A stretch of 64,000 bases of DNA from Octopus bimaculoides (lineage: Eukaryota). The stretch's first letter is position 1, and each line of letters begins with the position of its first letter. Location of the stretch: contig NC_068993.1 of NCBI RefSeq assembly GCF_001194135.2, positions 16,998,839 through 17,062,838 of the forward strand, given 5' to 3'. Below are positions 11,140 to 24,897 of the stretch, piece by piece. Made by a program: the position numbers and the translations under genes. The notes below the pieces were generated by a model. The model saw nothing but the letters and a program-made list of their open reading frames with translations. It was not told the origin of the DNA and did not search any database.

Positions 11140-12000
11140 TGAGGGTGGCAGATGGCAGAATTGGAAGAATGACATTTATATCTTCTTAAATTCTGAGTTC
11201 AAATCCTATGGAGGTCAACTTTGCTTTTCTATCTTCTTGGATTGATAAATAAAACAAAGTACCAGTTGAGAGTATTGGGTTGAAATAATTGGATCCCTGC
11301 CCCAATATGTGGCCTTGTGTTTATGTTACTAACAGAAAAAGTATGTAAGTAGTAAAGAGTGATGGATAAGCAGAATTGTTAGTATTGGGCCAAATAGCAT
11401 GCAGTGTGTGTTAAGTTACAGCCCTTTACATTTTGAATTCATGTGCTTGAGGTCGACTTTGCCTTTCATCTTTTCAGGATCAATAAAATAAAGTACCAGT
11501 CAAGTACTGGGGGTCAATGTATGTAACTAGCACCCCTTAACTTGAATTTGCTTCATATCATAATTTGAAACCATTATTATTAAGGTGGCGAGCTGGCAGA
11601 ATTGTTAGCATGCTGGGCAAAATGCTTAGCTGGCTTTTTGTCTGTCTTTACATTCCAAGTTCAAATTCCATCAAGGTTGACTTTGCCTTTCATCCATTCA
11701 GAAACAAATGAATACCAGTTGAGCAGTCTATCCCCACCAAATCCTTTGTACTTCATAAAGAAATCAGTGTTATTATTGTTGTTGAGGCGGTGAGCTGGCA
11801 GAATAGTTTGTTAGCACACCAGGCAGAAGGCTTAGTGGCATTTCGTATGTCTTTACATTCTGAATTCAAATGCCACCAGAGTTAACTTTGCCTTTGAGGT
11901 TGATAAAATAAAGTACTAGTCATGTACATAGGTTGATAGTATTAACTCAATCTTCCTCTGATTTCAAAATTGCTGGCCTTGTACCTAAATTATAAGCCAT
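11140..12000 (+). mobile_element. Four head-to-tail decayed tRNA-derived SINEs (family B, Meta/Sauria-like central domain)
   Basis: Repeats of gagctggcagaa..gttagca..gagttcaaat(t)cc..gactttgcctttcatc..ataaaataaagtaccag start at ~11140, 11365, 11582 and 11788. CpGs have decayed to TG/CA. Confidence 0.8.
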
Positions 12001-12002
12001 TA

Positions 12003-12215
12003 TTTTTACCCTGCACATGTAAACGAAAGCAGGGTATTGTAATCACTCGTCTTTGTCTGTGCGTTTGCAAAATTACTGGAAAACGCACGAATGGATTTTC
12101 ACCAAATTTGGCAGAAATACTCATTGGGTGAGTGACTAGAAATGGTGAAAACATGGCAGAAATACTCATTGGATGAGTGGCTTGAAATGATGAAAATTTG
12201 GTTTGCTTATCTTCA
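12003..12215 (+). mobile_element. Helentron/DINE-1-like non-autonomous element (HINE-like)
   Basis: Short inverted repeat taccctgc (12007-12014) / gcagggta (12029-12036) followed by tgtctgtgcg and aaaa..cgaatggattttcaccaaatttgg, plus an internal ~40-bp tandem duplication (ggcagaaatactcattgg x2). Confidence 0.45.
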
Positions 12216-12509
12216 AACATACATAAATACATACATAGATATGCAACTGTATGTGTGTGTTTGTACAGTGATGGATTCAACTCTGTGTGTGTGTATGCGT
12301 GTGTGTGTGTGTGTGTGTGTGTGCAGAGTGATGGATTTGAGGGTTTTGTTTATTTACGAGTTGATTTCTTAATTTCACCATTCTTAGGCTTCTAATCCGC
12401 TTTTAGTCAAACTTTCACAAAGCTTAATTCAGTTAAATAAAATATAGTACCAGTCAAATACTGAGATTGATATTATTGACTAATTGACCACAAGGCCATA
12501 CCTGTGTAT

Positions 12510-12945
12510 ATATCAGGCACAGGTATGGCCTTGTGGTTGAGAATCTTACTTCCCAACCATGTGGTCTTCAGTTCAGTTCTACTCCAATGACACCTACTAT
12601 TACCCCTAGATGTTCAAATCTTTGTGAGTGGATTTAGTTGATGAAAACTGAAAGAAATCTATCATATATGTGTGTGTTTGTGTGTACCCTTTTCTAGCCA
12701 TCATGCGATAGTTGTAAGTATTACTGTCATACAAGTGAACTTGTACATTTCCAGTCTTCCATTAAGAATATGTCTAGCTATGGGGGAAAAATATTACCTG
12801 GCTTGAAAACAGGTGAAGGTTGGCAGCAGAATGGGTATTTGACTATAAAAAAAATTTGCCTCAACAAAATCTTTCTGACCCATGCAAGCCTGGTAAAGTG
12901 GACGTTAAATGATGATGATGATGGTGGTGATGATGATGATGACGT
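12510..12945 (+). mobile_element. Composite SINE: family A head plus RTE-type tail ending in (GAT)n
   Basis: Head gtggttgagaatcttacttcccaaccatgtgg is followed by tail gacccatgcaagc..aaagtggacgttaaatgatgatgat. The same architecture is inverted at 55740-56145. Confidence 0.7.
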
Positions 12946-13810
12946 TATCATTTACTCCTTACTTTCACACATTCTCTTACTTTACTTTATCTCACTATCA
13001 GTTACATTCTCACAGTCGTCTTCTCTTTCCTCCTCATTACCTCTCTGATTTTCACACTCATTTATTCTCTTTCTCTCTCTCTCTCTCTCCCTTTTTTTCT
13101 CTCTGCTTTACTTTCTTCCTCTTTATTCATGTTTTCTAAATTTCTCACTACTATTGCATCATGTCCCAAGTGCCCACCTGCAAAATTTTTGAAACAATGC
13201 AACACACGTATTCATCCACAGAGAAATATATTCATAAGCATTCTATGTTTATATATATATATTCATCCATATGTATTCATACAAATATAACCACATAACC
13301 AGAACATTTACATACTCGCTTATTAGAGTTGTACTTGTTTGGCAAGTGACTTGATCTGAGATTGCAGCGTGAAACAATTACATCAGTTCTTGATAGAAAT
13401 ATATATCCTGACTCTTCTGTGATATTGCTTTGTGTGTGTGTGTGTAATTTAGTAGTTAATGATTCCTGCAGCCATTGCTCAGAGTTCTAGAAGGACTAAA
13501 TCATTTGAAAGATTATACACTTGTGAGCAAGTCTGTAAATCTCTAAGCAATGGCAGTAGAAGTCATTAATTGCTAATTTACCAAATATATACTCTTACTC
13601 TACATGACATATTGAGTACTCTTTTCTTTGTGCACTTGTATGTATGTATATATGTGTGGGTATATATATATATAGGAGCAGGTGCTGCTGTGGAGAACCA
13701 ACCTGGGTTCAGTTTCACTTTACAGTACGTCAATTGTCTTCTACTATAGCATCAGGCCAGTCAAAGCCTTGTGAGTGAATTTTATTGAGAGGAACTGAGC
13801 AAAGCCTGTC

Positions 13811-13851
<41 letters not shown>

Positions 13852-14968
13852 TGTACACTTTCTAGATATCATGTGATGGTTTTTTTATGAGCATCCACAT
13901 CATAGAAACAAGACTGTTCATTTTCAGGTGAGTTCAAATTCTGCCGAGGTCAACTNNNNNNNNNNNNNNNNNNNNNNNNNNNNNNNNNNNNNNNNNNNNN
14001 NNNNNNNNNNNNNNNNNNNNNNNNNNNNNNNNNNNNNNNNNNNNNNNNNNNNNNNNNNNNNNNNNNNNNNNNNNNNNNNNNNNNNNNNNNNNNNNNNNNN
14101 NNNNNNNNNNNNNNNNNNNNNNNNNNNNNNNNNNNNNNNNNNNNNNNNNNNNNNNNNNNNNNNNNNNNNNNNNNNNNNNNNNNNNNNNNNNNNNNNNNNN
14201 NNNNNNNNNNNNNNNNNNNNNNNNNNNNNNNNNNNNNNNNNNNNNNNNNNNNNNNNNNNNNNNNNNNNNNNNNNNNNNNNNNNNNNNNNNNNNNNNNNNN
14301 NNNNNNNNNNNNNNNNNNNNNNNNNNNNNNNNNNNNNNNNNNNNNNNNNNNNNNNNNNNNNNNNNNNNNNNNNNNNATATATATATATATATACACACAC
14401 ACATACATACATACATGCATACATATGACAGGCTTCTTTCAGTTTCCATCTACAAAATCACTCACAAGGCTTTGGCCAACCTGAAGCTGTAGCAGAAGAC
14501 ACTTGTGCAAAGTGCCACGCAGTGGGATTGAACCCCAAACCAGTTAGGGAGCAAGCTTCTTACCGCACAGCCATGCTTGCATCTATATGTATATCATCAT
14601 TTCCCAGCAACACCATTTCCATTGTCAGATGTCAGACAAGACAACCTAAGACACTCGATTTTACACTTCTCACAGTAATTGAACACATTCAAATTTATCG
14701 ATCAATTGTTGATGACATAGATTGTGCTAGTTTCTGCAGATTTTGAATTTCCCCTTTGGTGATCATGAACACTAGCAAAGGGGAATCAGTGTATGTTTGT
14801 GAATAGCTGTATGTGCATATATCTATGAATGTATTTATTCGTTCATATGTGTTTTTGTGTACTTGTATGTGTTGTTGTGTATGTAAATACACATACAGAT
14901 GTTTATATATATGTTTGGACTAAGGCATCTACTTGTGCATGTGTTTATAGGTTTATATGTTGTGTGCA

Positions 14969-15015
<47 letters not shown>

Positions 15016-15025
15016 NNNNNNNNNN

Positions 15026-15064
<39 letters not shown>

Positions 15065-15499
15065 CATATGCAGATCTGTCAATTTGAAGCCCTCCTTCAT
15101 CTTCCCTCCATGTGTTCAAACAGATAATAAAATTTCTGATTAAAATCTAAATGTTAAGGATCTTAAGTCCCGATGCCTCATGCTGCTTCTATCAAAGATC
15201 TTTGGAAGTGCAGGATATATTGGAACTTTTTCAGCCATACTCTTCATCTAAATCATAACCATTATCATGAACCCTGTTGAATTTCCTGTGCTCTGTTCAA
15301 TTTCGATGCAAACCTTAGCTCACTATATGTTACCCCAAGTCCTTTTGAGTTCTTTGAAGTTCAATTGTCATATTAATCCTGTTTAATTAGTTCTCTTCCC
15401 ATCTTTTGTTAAAGAATTATGTTCTGCTTTTGATGCGTCATTGACATTGTAGCGTAAGTGTAAAGTGGAATGCTGTTACTGGCCAATTATCTATAACTA

Positions 15500-15539
<40 letters not shown>

Positions 15540-15627
15540 NNNNNNNNNNNNNNNNNNNNNNNNNNNNNNNNNNNNNNNNNNNNNNNNNNNNNNNNNNNNN
15601 NNNNNNNNNNNNNNNNNNNNNNNNNNN

Positions 15628-15679
<52 letters not shown>

Positions 15680-16830
15680 TAGACACACACACATGCACTA
15701 TTCCAATTTCCATTGTTCAGTAGTTGACAAATAAAATGGTAGAAACACCTGTGCCAGAAATGTATAGAAATCTTTTGAATTTGTACAATTAGACAACGCC
15801 ATCAGAAAACTTGGAAAATGCTTAAAAAGCAAAAAAAAAAAAATGCGAAAGAAAATGAAGGAATTGAAATACATCCAAAGAATCGCTCATTTTCCAGCGT
15901 ATCTTTTCATTAGTATTTTTCCTGTTGGAATGGCTGAGATAGTTGACACTTCTCGTTCACAATGTCTCTTTCACATTTGGGAAGGTGGTGGGGAAAAAAA
16001 CTGAAAAATGAAAAGGTAAAAAAAATAAAATTTTCTGTTTTTAGTCTTGAAACCTCCAAATGCAATTATAGAGGAAAGAGGAATGTGATGCAAGTAAATT
16101 TAAAAATCTATTGTTTGGTAATGCTGACAGTGTGCTAATAAATACAGTGCAGATCTCTTCCAATGTAATTACAAATCTTTCTTACCCTGTGCTTTTCTAC
16201 TTTTCTCCTGATTTACTATCTCTCCATTCAAGACAATGTAGGTGCCTACATTTATGCTAGCAATGGCAGCAAAATCTTCCTCAAATCATACCTTATTTTC
16301 TTGTTTTTTAAAAAAGAACACCATTTGATAATGTAGTTAGACTATTGTCCAGTGGTGGTCTGCCCTTGGACAGGTCCTATGCATATGTACCTTCTCCAGC
16401 ACTCTCTATATGACCTGGGAAGGCCTGAACCATCCCTTGCCGCTGCTAAGTAGATTACTGGAACTTTGGCAACCATAACTAGACTTAGGATGACTACTGA
16501 AGTTGTTCCCTGTTGCCTTCTCCAGGCAGGTGGGATTCCAACTCAGAACATAGAGAGCTGAAAGATATATCATAAAGCACTTCTGCTGACCCACCAACAA
16601 TTCTGCAACTCTCCTACCTGCAGGGCAACATGAAATGAAGTATTTTGCTCAATAACAAAACACACTGCCCAGTCCCAAATTAAACTCATGACCTCATAAT
16701 TGTGAAAGTAACACTCTAACCTGGAGAAGAAAAGAAGGGGAGATGGATGTTCACAACTGGAGTGTTTTTTGGTTTTATAGATGTTTTTTAATCATATCTA
16801 ACCTTGGGTTAAACTACTGTTGCTTATGAG

Positions 16831-17155
16831 CAGTGGTTCTCAAGCAGAGTCCATATGACCACTTGGATGCCATGTGAGATTTTTGGGGGTCCATGCAAGC
16901 AAAATAGTGAATTAGGGATGTACAGTAGTATATTTAAGGTTCCATGAATGTATTTGTTGGAAAAAGTCAGCTCGGTTCTTTCTCTGATGTTTTACATAAT
17001 TCAACCTACACAAGTTAATGTATGAAGAACAAAATAGGTGTTTTGAAAGCAGGATCTATGAAATTAGTTTTTGATCTTTGAATGATGATGGGGATCCACC
17101 AGAATAAAATAGTAATCAAAGGGGTCCATAGGCCAAAAATGGTTGAGGACCACTG
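16831..17155. mobile_element. hAT (Charlie-like) MITE with perfect 8-bp TSD
   Basis: TIRs cagtggttctcaa...ttgaggaccactg. TSD cttatgag at 16823-16830 and 17156-17163. Confidence 0.92.
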
Positions 17156-17439
17156 CTTATGAGGTAGGAGCTTTAAGGGTTAAAAACGTAGTGAGGGACA
17201 CAAAAGCTAAGCTTCATAAAAATAGATGATTTTAAACTTTTAAAACTTGTCCAACACCATGGTGAAGAGTGAAGAATTGTAAAGATACAAACTGTATTTT
17301 GTCTTCTCATTAATTAAGAGAAGGGGAAAGGAAGCAATAACAGTAACAACAATCAACTTTTCTCACTTTATTCCTTGCACTAGTTAGAAAAAGCGTGTGC
17401 CTCTTATAAATTACACTTGATTTTCATTGCTATGCAGCT

Positions 17440-17810
17440 CAGTAACCTACAAACTAGGTTCAGTTGTGATGCTTGCTTGTTTGTTTCATGCCCTTGCTTG
17501 ATGAGGCTGGGGTCATCCCAGGTTAGTGGTCTCAGAGACATCATTATGTGTAGAGCCAATCATGTCCACGAGTGCTCTCCATCATTGGTGGCCCCATGCC
17601 AGCCCCTCTGCATCCTCCAAGGTGACATTGAGCCTCCGGAGATCTCCAATTATGTTCAGCCATTTGGTGCGGGGCTTGCCACAAGGCCTCTTCTAGTCTA
17701 AAGCTGTTGCGTGGAATAAGAGCAAAGCCCTGGTAGGATGATCTAGTGGAAGACTGAGGACATGTCCGTGCTAGTACATGTGATGGATGGCTATGCAGGA
17801 TGACGATGGT
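17440..17810 (-). mobile_element. RTE-clade LINE 3' remnant
   Basis: Minus strand reads KRPCGKPRTKWLNIIGDLRRLNVTLEDAEGLAWGHQ*WRALVDMIGSTH, matching the RTE ORF2 tail pattern GRP..RW.D...DL...A.DR..WR. Confidence 0.75.
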
Positions 17811-20144
17811 TAATTTTTTATAAATGTATTTGGAGCAATATGGATTAGAGAATTGAAGTTTGATTAATTACAAAACATTTTGAAAATTAGAATTTTAGGG
17901 TAGAAAAGATTTGGGAAATTTTTTAGAATTGTTAGAAAATATATTAGTACAGAAATATGTGATTTCCATATATCAACTGTTTTGTATTTATGATAAGATA
18001 TATGTAGCTGTAACTTTTTTGAGTGTAATAATTTTTTTTTATCAAGTACAAAAGGTACAAATAAGAAATTGCTTCTCATTTATGAGAAGCCCTTTTTTGT
18101 TTGAAGGCAGGTAACAACTTCTACCATTTCTGAACAGGTATCTTTCTTGTTCAACAAAGAAGCAATGTTGCATTCAACAAAAAAAAAAAGCCAAAATGGA
18201 GGGGGGGGCATGGGTAGGGGGAAACTTTATCTACGAATGAAATAATACTAGTATTGATAATAGGACTACTGAAAAATAAAACTAGAATGAAGAAGACCTG
18301 TGAATCAAGATCAGTTAAAATGTATCTCAATATCATGTTTTTCCTATCTGTAAAAAAAGATGCTCGTCATTGTTTTGACATGTTTCTCTCCATGTTAGTA
18401 TATATTGTAGACAGCTTTGATAGATAGCTTCCTTCCATATTATCCTGCTCTTATATCATCTGCATTCTCTTCAACAGCTACCACCACCCTTCCAGTACTA
18501 TTCTGTAAGGTCAGAGGCTCATTTCACTTAGGGTTATACTTCAGGGAGAAGAGGAAGGTGTGTGTGTGTGTGTGTTTGTTTTTATTTATTTAAATCTATG
18601 ACTTTATCTGCACTAGTGAATATTTTTCTATTTTTGTTTGCTTTTAACCCCTACCACCACCATCACCACACACACACGCTTCTCTCTTCTCTACAGCACA
18701 TGACACTCATCAAAGGTTGCTTGTTGAAACTTTCTAATTTCTAAACCTAGTGTATTTAAGTTCAATCACAGTTGGGAGTTAAAAAATAATTTTATCTAGT
18801 CATCCAGCAGTTTATGTCTGATATACATTATGAATAATAATAATAATAATAATAATAAGGAAGTCTTTCTTGCATTTTTTTTTTTTTTTTAATGCAGTAT
18901 GATTCTGTCACGAAACTAAATTGTTCTGTTGTATGAATGTGTCTGTGTATCTTTTTGAGTATATGTTTGTCTATGTCGGTATATGCGTCTCCCTGTTTTA
19001 GTGTTTGTGTGTGTAGGTATGTGTGTTTTAAAATGTATTTTTCCAGTTTAACTTTAGCTATCTGACTGACAATTCATGCATAAATCACCATGATTTTGTG
19101 GTACATGTGATTTATAAGCTATAGTTAGTATATCTTACATCTCAAACCACCCAAGCATGCAATGGCTCTGGAACCTGCTCTTACATTAGGGGAGAGAGAG
19201 ATAGAGAGAGAGAGAGATAGAGAGAGAGAGAGTTCAACCAACCTACAATCATTCAATCATTTCCATTTGTCTCTTCTACTCTCTACAAGTAAATATACAT
19301 ATATCTGTTAACCCCAAAACCTCTCTGCTCTTTCTATGAGTCAGTGTGTTAACTTTTGAGTCATCATCAAATCTGATCTCTACAGTTACTCTACTCACCT
19401 GTTCTTGCCCATATTTAACTGATATGCTTCAAATATCTCTGTGTGTGATCACATTGGCAGGTGGGAGAGGTTATCTCTTACACAAGCCGAGGTTAAAATA
19501 TTTTGTTATTCTATGTTGTTTGCAACATTGAATTGAATTACAAGCAAAAAAAAATATCTTCTTACTTTTTTAACAAGAAACAAATACCATAACATTGTAC
19601 ACTCTGTGACTGACACACAATTCAAAACAATAAACAAATGAATTACATGAATAAATCAAGGGAGGCGGAAAGGAGACAGAGAAACCCCTCTACATTCTAC
19701 TTAGGTATTCATAAGTCTAGTGACCTTTCCTGAAAACTCAACACCCCACAACACCTTTCAAACCTCTCAATAAAGTTTAAGCTATCCTGAGAAAATTTGC
19801 ATTCTTTTTCAGCACTCCCAAATATTTTAACTCTCTGGCTGCTGATCAAAGCTTTTTCTTCGTTATATATTTCGGTTATCATCTTCTCAGTAATATACAC
19901 AAAACTGGAAGAATGCTGAAGAAAATGCCTTGTGGTATTTGGTTATGTCCCTCTGTGTTCTGGTTTTAGATACTGCTGACGTTAACTATTCTTCTTCTTC
20001 TTGTTGGGGTTGATAAAATTAAGTGCCAATCAAATTAGGCAGTGAGATCAGTGGCATGTGCTATATTAAAAAATTTGACATTATAGCTGTCTTGTTGCTG
20101 TAGAATCCCAGCTTAGTCCTGATTAAGTAGATTTTTATGATCAG

Positions 20145-20535
20145 GTGCAAGCATAACTGTGTGGTTAAGAACCTAACTTTGCAACCACACAGTTTTGGAT
20201 TCAGTCCCACTGCTCAGCATATTGGACAAGTTTCTTCTACTATAAGCCTAAGACAACCCAATGCCTTATGATTGAATTTGGTCGAAGGAAACTGTGTAGA
20301 AGCCTGTCATAGATGTATGTGTATGTTTCTGCTTTTCCCCCTCCACCACTTGACATCTGGTGTTGGTTTGTTCACATCTGTCTCCATAAATGAGTAGTCT
20401 TGCAAAGGTGACAAATAGAATTAGTACCAGGCTTTAAAAAAAAATATAAGTACCAGGGTCAATTTGTTCAGCTAAACTCTTCAAGGTGGTGCCCCAGCAT
20501 GGCCACAGTCCAGTGACAGAAGCAAGTGAAGGATA
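20145..20535 (+). mobile_element. Family A SINE, full-length, CpG-decayed
   Basis: Colinear with 43281-43750 but with TG/CA at CpG positions. Confidence 0.8.
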
Positions 20536-23500
20536 AAAGAGAAAGGCATTCTAGCTATGGCCATCTTCTCTTTCTTTGGTTATATAGGATTTTATTATCC
20601 AATGTATTCTTTTCTATGACAATAGGGTGCTAACTGAGGGAGAGTTGGCTGTTGTTTCTAGTAGGCTGACCAGCCATGCAGCAGCTTCTTTGTTGGCTCT
20701 TATAACTATGTTAGATATCAGTAATATACAAAATGAAAAAAAAAAAAGTTATTCTCCATTTCTGACGGCCTTCCATTTACAAGGAACTGTCCTGTCTTCT
20801 ATAAATTCTTCTTCCGCTCTTCACCTTTGTTCTTCTAAACATGCTGTCTTCAAAGTAAACTTGTTAAAAATCTCTGTGTTCACTTCTTTACTCTTAGTTC
20901 TCAGTCTTCGGAATAACATGCCAGTTGTTGTTGTTGTTTAGCCCCAAAGTTAACTTGATGGAGTAGATATTATGATCAAAGATATATCAATAACAACCAT
21001 GGCTATTCTATCTGTTATTCACACACAGTATAACAGGGAATAATTTACGTAATGTGTTGTACCAATTTTTAATGGTAAGGTTTGATTTTGATGGAGATAT
21101 GAGTGCTTCAGGTTTGACTGTGTGGTTGAGAAGTTTGCTTCATAACTACATGGTTTTGTGCTCAATTCCATTGTGAAGCATCTTGGAAAGTTTTTATTTT
21201 ACCTATAATGTCAAGTTACCAATTTGCCAATACCTTGTGATAGAATTGAGCAGACCTATGACCAAAGGCTCCCAGCCATGACCATCCTGTCAATTTCCTA
21301 TTTGCAGGGAATCTTACTATAAAATACGTCCTTTTCTGAGATGAATGGAGCTTTATCTGAAAGAGATTCAACTGCTATTTCTCACAGGCTGTACGACCAC
21401 ATAGACGATCTATTTTGGGCACAAAGTTGGTTGACAGTAGCTTGACAGTAAATAGAGAAAAACTTGGAGAGAAATAATTGTGTCTAATCTTGAAGTGAAG
21501 TAATTTAGTCTATAAGAACTCCAGAAACACTGGCTAAAGATAGTAACATTCTATGTTTTTCCAAACTTATGTGTCCCATTAATCTTTTGGATTATGGGAG
21601 CACCCTGTAAGCCTGTTATCATTAATAGAAAATCAGCATGGTGGAGCCCATATCATGTTTGCACTTACACAGTAAAATCACTAAGAAAAAAACCCACTTG
21701 TGAATTATATAGTGCTCCCCCTGCTTTAAATAATAAGCTGTATGTAAATTCTCATAATACCTGTTTATATTTTACTGCTAAATTTTATTGAGCCACTGAG
21801 AGTTTATTTATTGTCTCTGCTTAAGGAAACTTTCAGTGTTTAATAGAAGAAGAACCAAGAACTACCTTTAGCGAACATCCTACTGTCAACCACCTGGTTA
21901 GCTGGTTACAACTGGGGAGACGGACTTAAGCTGTTGCTGTCGTTGCTAATAGTGATGATGATTAGCATTTGCTATAAAAAGTCTTAAACAATTTAGAGTT
22001 CTTCTCAATGATAGAATTGATTAAAATTCCTTTTTATTTGTGTGTGTGTGTGTGCTCATACGTGTGTGCATATGTTGTCCAAGTCTCAATTTGGAATATT
22101 GTAAAAGATAATTTCCATCATTGATTTTGAGTTATTTTTTGTCTTTTTTTTTATATCTTTTATTTTTTTTTTTTAACCAAAAGCTTAACCAACCAAAATA
22201 TTCAATGTCGAGAAATTTAGAAAAATAAGTCTATTATCTGATTCTAAAGCATTTTTCAGTTCACACCAAATGTAGTTCACTGATAACAAGACTTATTTAA
22301 GAAGTTTGTAGAGAAGAAAGCCATGTTTGCTGAATAATATTTTTTGTTGTTTCTACTGTTGAATGTTATCTGAGCTCGTCACTTCTAGATTTCATTAAGA
22401 TATCAAGATTGTTCTCTCATTTGTTGTCTGTTGCTTTTTATTATTATTATTATTTTTTTGTTTTTGAGGGTGAGGGGGTTTCCTGTTTCCTTCTTTCTTT
22501 TCAAAAATTTTAAAATCCAACCAATATGTTTTCACTGGAAGTGAACAAAGGTGAAGATTTTCATCTTTGTTTTGTTTTGTTTTATTTTTTATTGTATTTA
22601 TTTATTGAGACAAATAACAAAAATGAAATGAAATCCTTCCTATTTGATTTCAACTAATTCCTCAGTATTCTTTTTGTTTCTTCATTCAAATGCTATAGCA
22701 TAAAAATCTAGATTAGAATTGATCGCAGATACAAGAAAATATTCATTGCTGAATTTAATACGTGTTAATATGATAAAACAAGGATGGCTGATTGATGCAT
22801 CTGTTAGAGTATCGGACAAAATGTCTTGTAGCATTTAGCTATGATCTTTTACATTCTGAGTTCAAAACTTACCAAGTTCAACTTGAAATGTCCATCCATC
22901 TGTCCATCTTCCCAACCCACTATTCCTGTTAGAGTCCTGAGTTCTCAGGCACCTCTTCCATAGGATCCTGTTAGAAGCAACATCTTCATCATCATCATCC
23001 TTTAACGTCCATGCTGGCATGGGTTGGACAGTTTGACCAGGGCTGGCAAGCAGGAGAGCTGCACTAAGTTCCAGTCTAACTTGGCTTGGTTTCTACAGCT
23101 AGCTGCCCTTCCTAATGCCAACCACTTTAAAGTGTATGCTGGGTGCTTTTAACATGGCATCATTAAATTTTCCAGCTGGATTCCTTAAGCATGACCAACT
23201 GTGACCATGGATATTATCCAACCATCTTGTTCTCAGTCTGCCTCTAGCTCAGACAGAAGAGTTCATCTTGAAACAAGATGAGTTCATTAATGTAATTTTT
23301 AGAGTCTTGCAATGTTTAGTTTACTACTTTTCATGTTCTGAATTCAAAACCTGTCATGGGTGGTTGACGGTGCATTCTGAGTTCAAGCCCCACCAAAACC
23401 AACTATGTCCTTCATTCTTTCATTGTTTGATGAAATGAGTTGCAATCAGTTACTGGGGTTGAATAAATCAACAATGCCACCACCCTCAAATTTGTGGTTT

Positions 23501-24429
23501 TCTACATATATATTTCATTTTATACCTCCAATATCAGAAATTTTAGAACATTGGATGTCATTGGTCCCAGGTTCAAACTTGCTTTCTCATTCTCTAATTT
23601 TTGTTTAACTCCAAATTTGCCATAACTCAGTAGATTTTTTTTTTTTTTACCAAAAGTGTTTCCAGCTGTGCGCATCTCCTCTTTTCTATTCTAAGTGTCC
23701 CTCCATTTTTTTAAAACAGTGAGTATTTTAGGAAGATTCTGTTGTTGTTTCTAGCAGGTTAGGCAGCTGTGTAATCACCCATATTGGCTCTTCTGTTTGC
23801 TTTTACAAATATAGTGGTGTAAGTCTAGACTAGTATTGATCAATGATAGTAAAAAAAAAAAAGTATTCTTTATTGAGTTTAACACCTGTTATACAGTGAA
23901 AAAATAATATACGAACAAGTTTGAATTAAATAGGAAACCTCTACATGGTTGCTCAACTCACTAGAAAGAGCAGCTAAATCTCCTTCCTATTGCACTCTAA
24001 TATCTTATGTGTATAAAAACACAGACTGATATCTAGGATAAAGAAAGAACTCTAGATACACTATACCTAAAACTGGGAAGGTCATAATTGGTATGTCTCT
24101 GATCATGCTTGCTTCATCAAAGCTGATCAGTGAATCAGTGAATAAACAGCAACAGATTTCATTTAATAGAGACACAAAGGTTTCATTATTTAAATGTATT
24201 TCTCGGGTTCAGGTGTACTTTCTGATTTTAAGTAGTTGTTATGTTGGTGGTTGTAGTGGTAGTAGTGTTGTTATTTAGCCCTAGGTCGGCCCCAATCATG
24301 CTAACTTATGATCAATGGCATTCCAGTTGTAACCTTCCAAGCCTTTCAAACAAGACAGTGTTCTCATACTACATTATCCAATATCTCCTTTCAGATTTGT
24401 TTAAGTCTGGCACTCCATCAGTTATGACA

Positions 24430-24650
24430 ATGTCTTTTCCAGTTGATTCAATCAGCTGAACAGCTTGATTGTGAAATTAACGTGCAAGTGTTTGAGTACT
24501 CCACAGATACATGTACACTTAACATAATTCTCAGTGGACTGGAACAACATGAAGTAAAGTGTCTTGCTCAAGGACACAACACATTACCAGGAATCGAACT
24601 CATAGCCTTACATTCATGATCTGAATACCCCTAACCACTAGCCACATGCC
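24430..24650 (-). mobile_element. tRNA/CORE-like SINE (family E)
   Basis: gtgtcttgctcaaggacacaac...ggaatcgaactc...cctaaccactagccacatgcc. Related copies occur at 33075-33390 (+), 51340-51580 (-) and 58130-58440 (+). Confidence 0.7.
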
Positions 24651-24897
24651 TTTAAATTTTTTTTTAAGATGGTAGAATTTAAAGTAAAAAAAGATTTAGC
24701 TGCTACTTCTAGCATGTTTGAGTGACTACATAAGCTCTCTGTTTACCTCATGACTGTTGTTTTTTTTTAGTCCTTGATACAGTACATCTAAATTTTTTGT
24801 CAGCTTCTTAAGAAACAAGCACAAGTCACATATTAACACACTACCTTATGCTGACATCCTCATTCATTTAACATTTGCTTCTTTTCCATGTTTGCAG

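Noticed and set aside
11140-12000. Regularly spaced repeats superficially like a CRISPR array
   Set aside because: The units are ~200-bp diverged SINE copies in eukaryotic DNA, with no constant short repeat/spacer structure and no cas genes.
21827-21930. Isolated acceptor-plus-short-ORF segments (also ~28677, 31617, 34463, 41560, 50617)
   Set aside because: Each has only one plausible splice site and an unrecognisable peptide, as expected by chance in T-rich introns.
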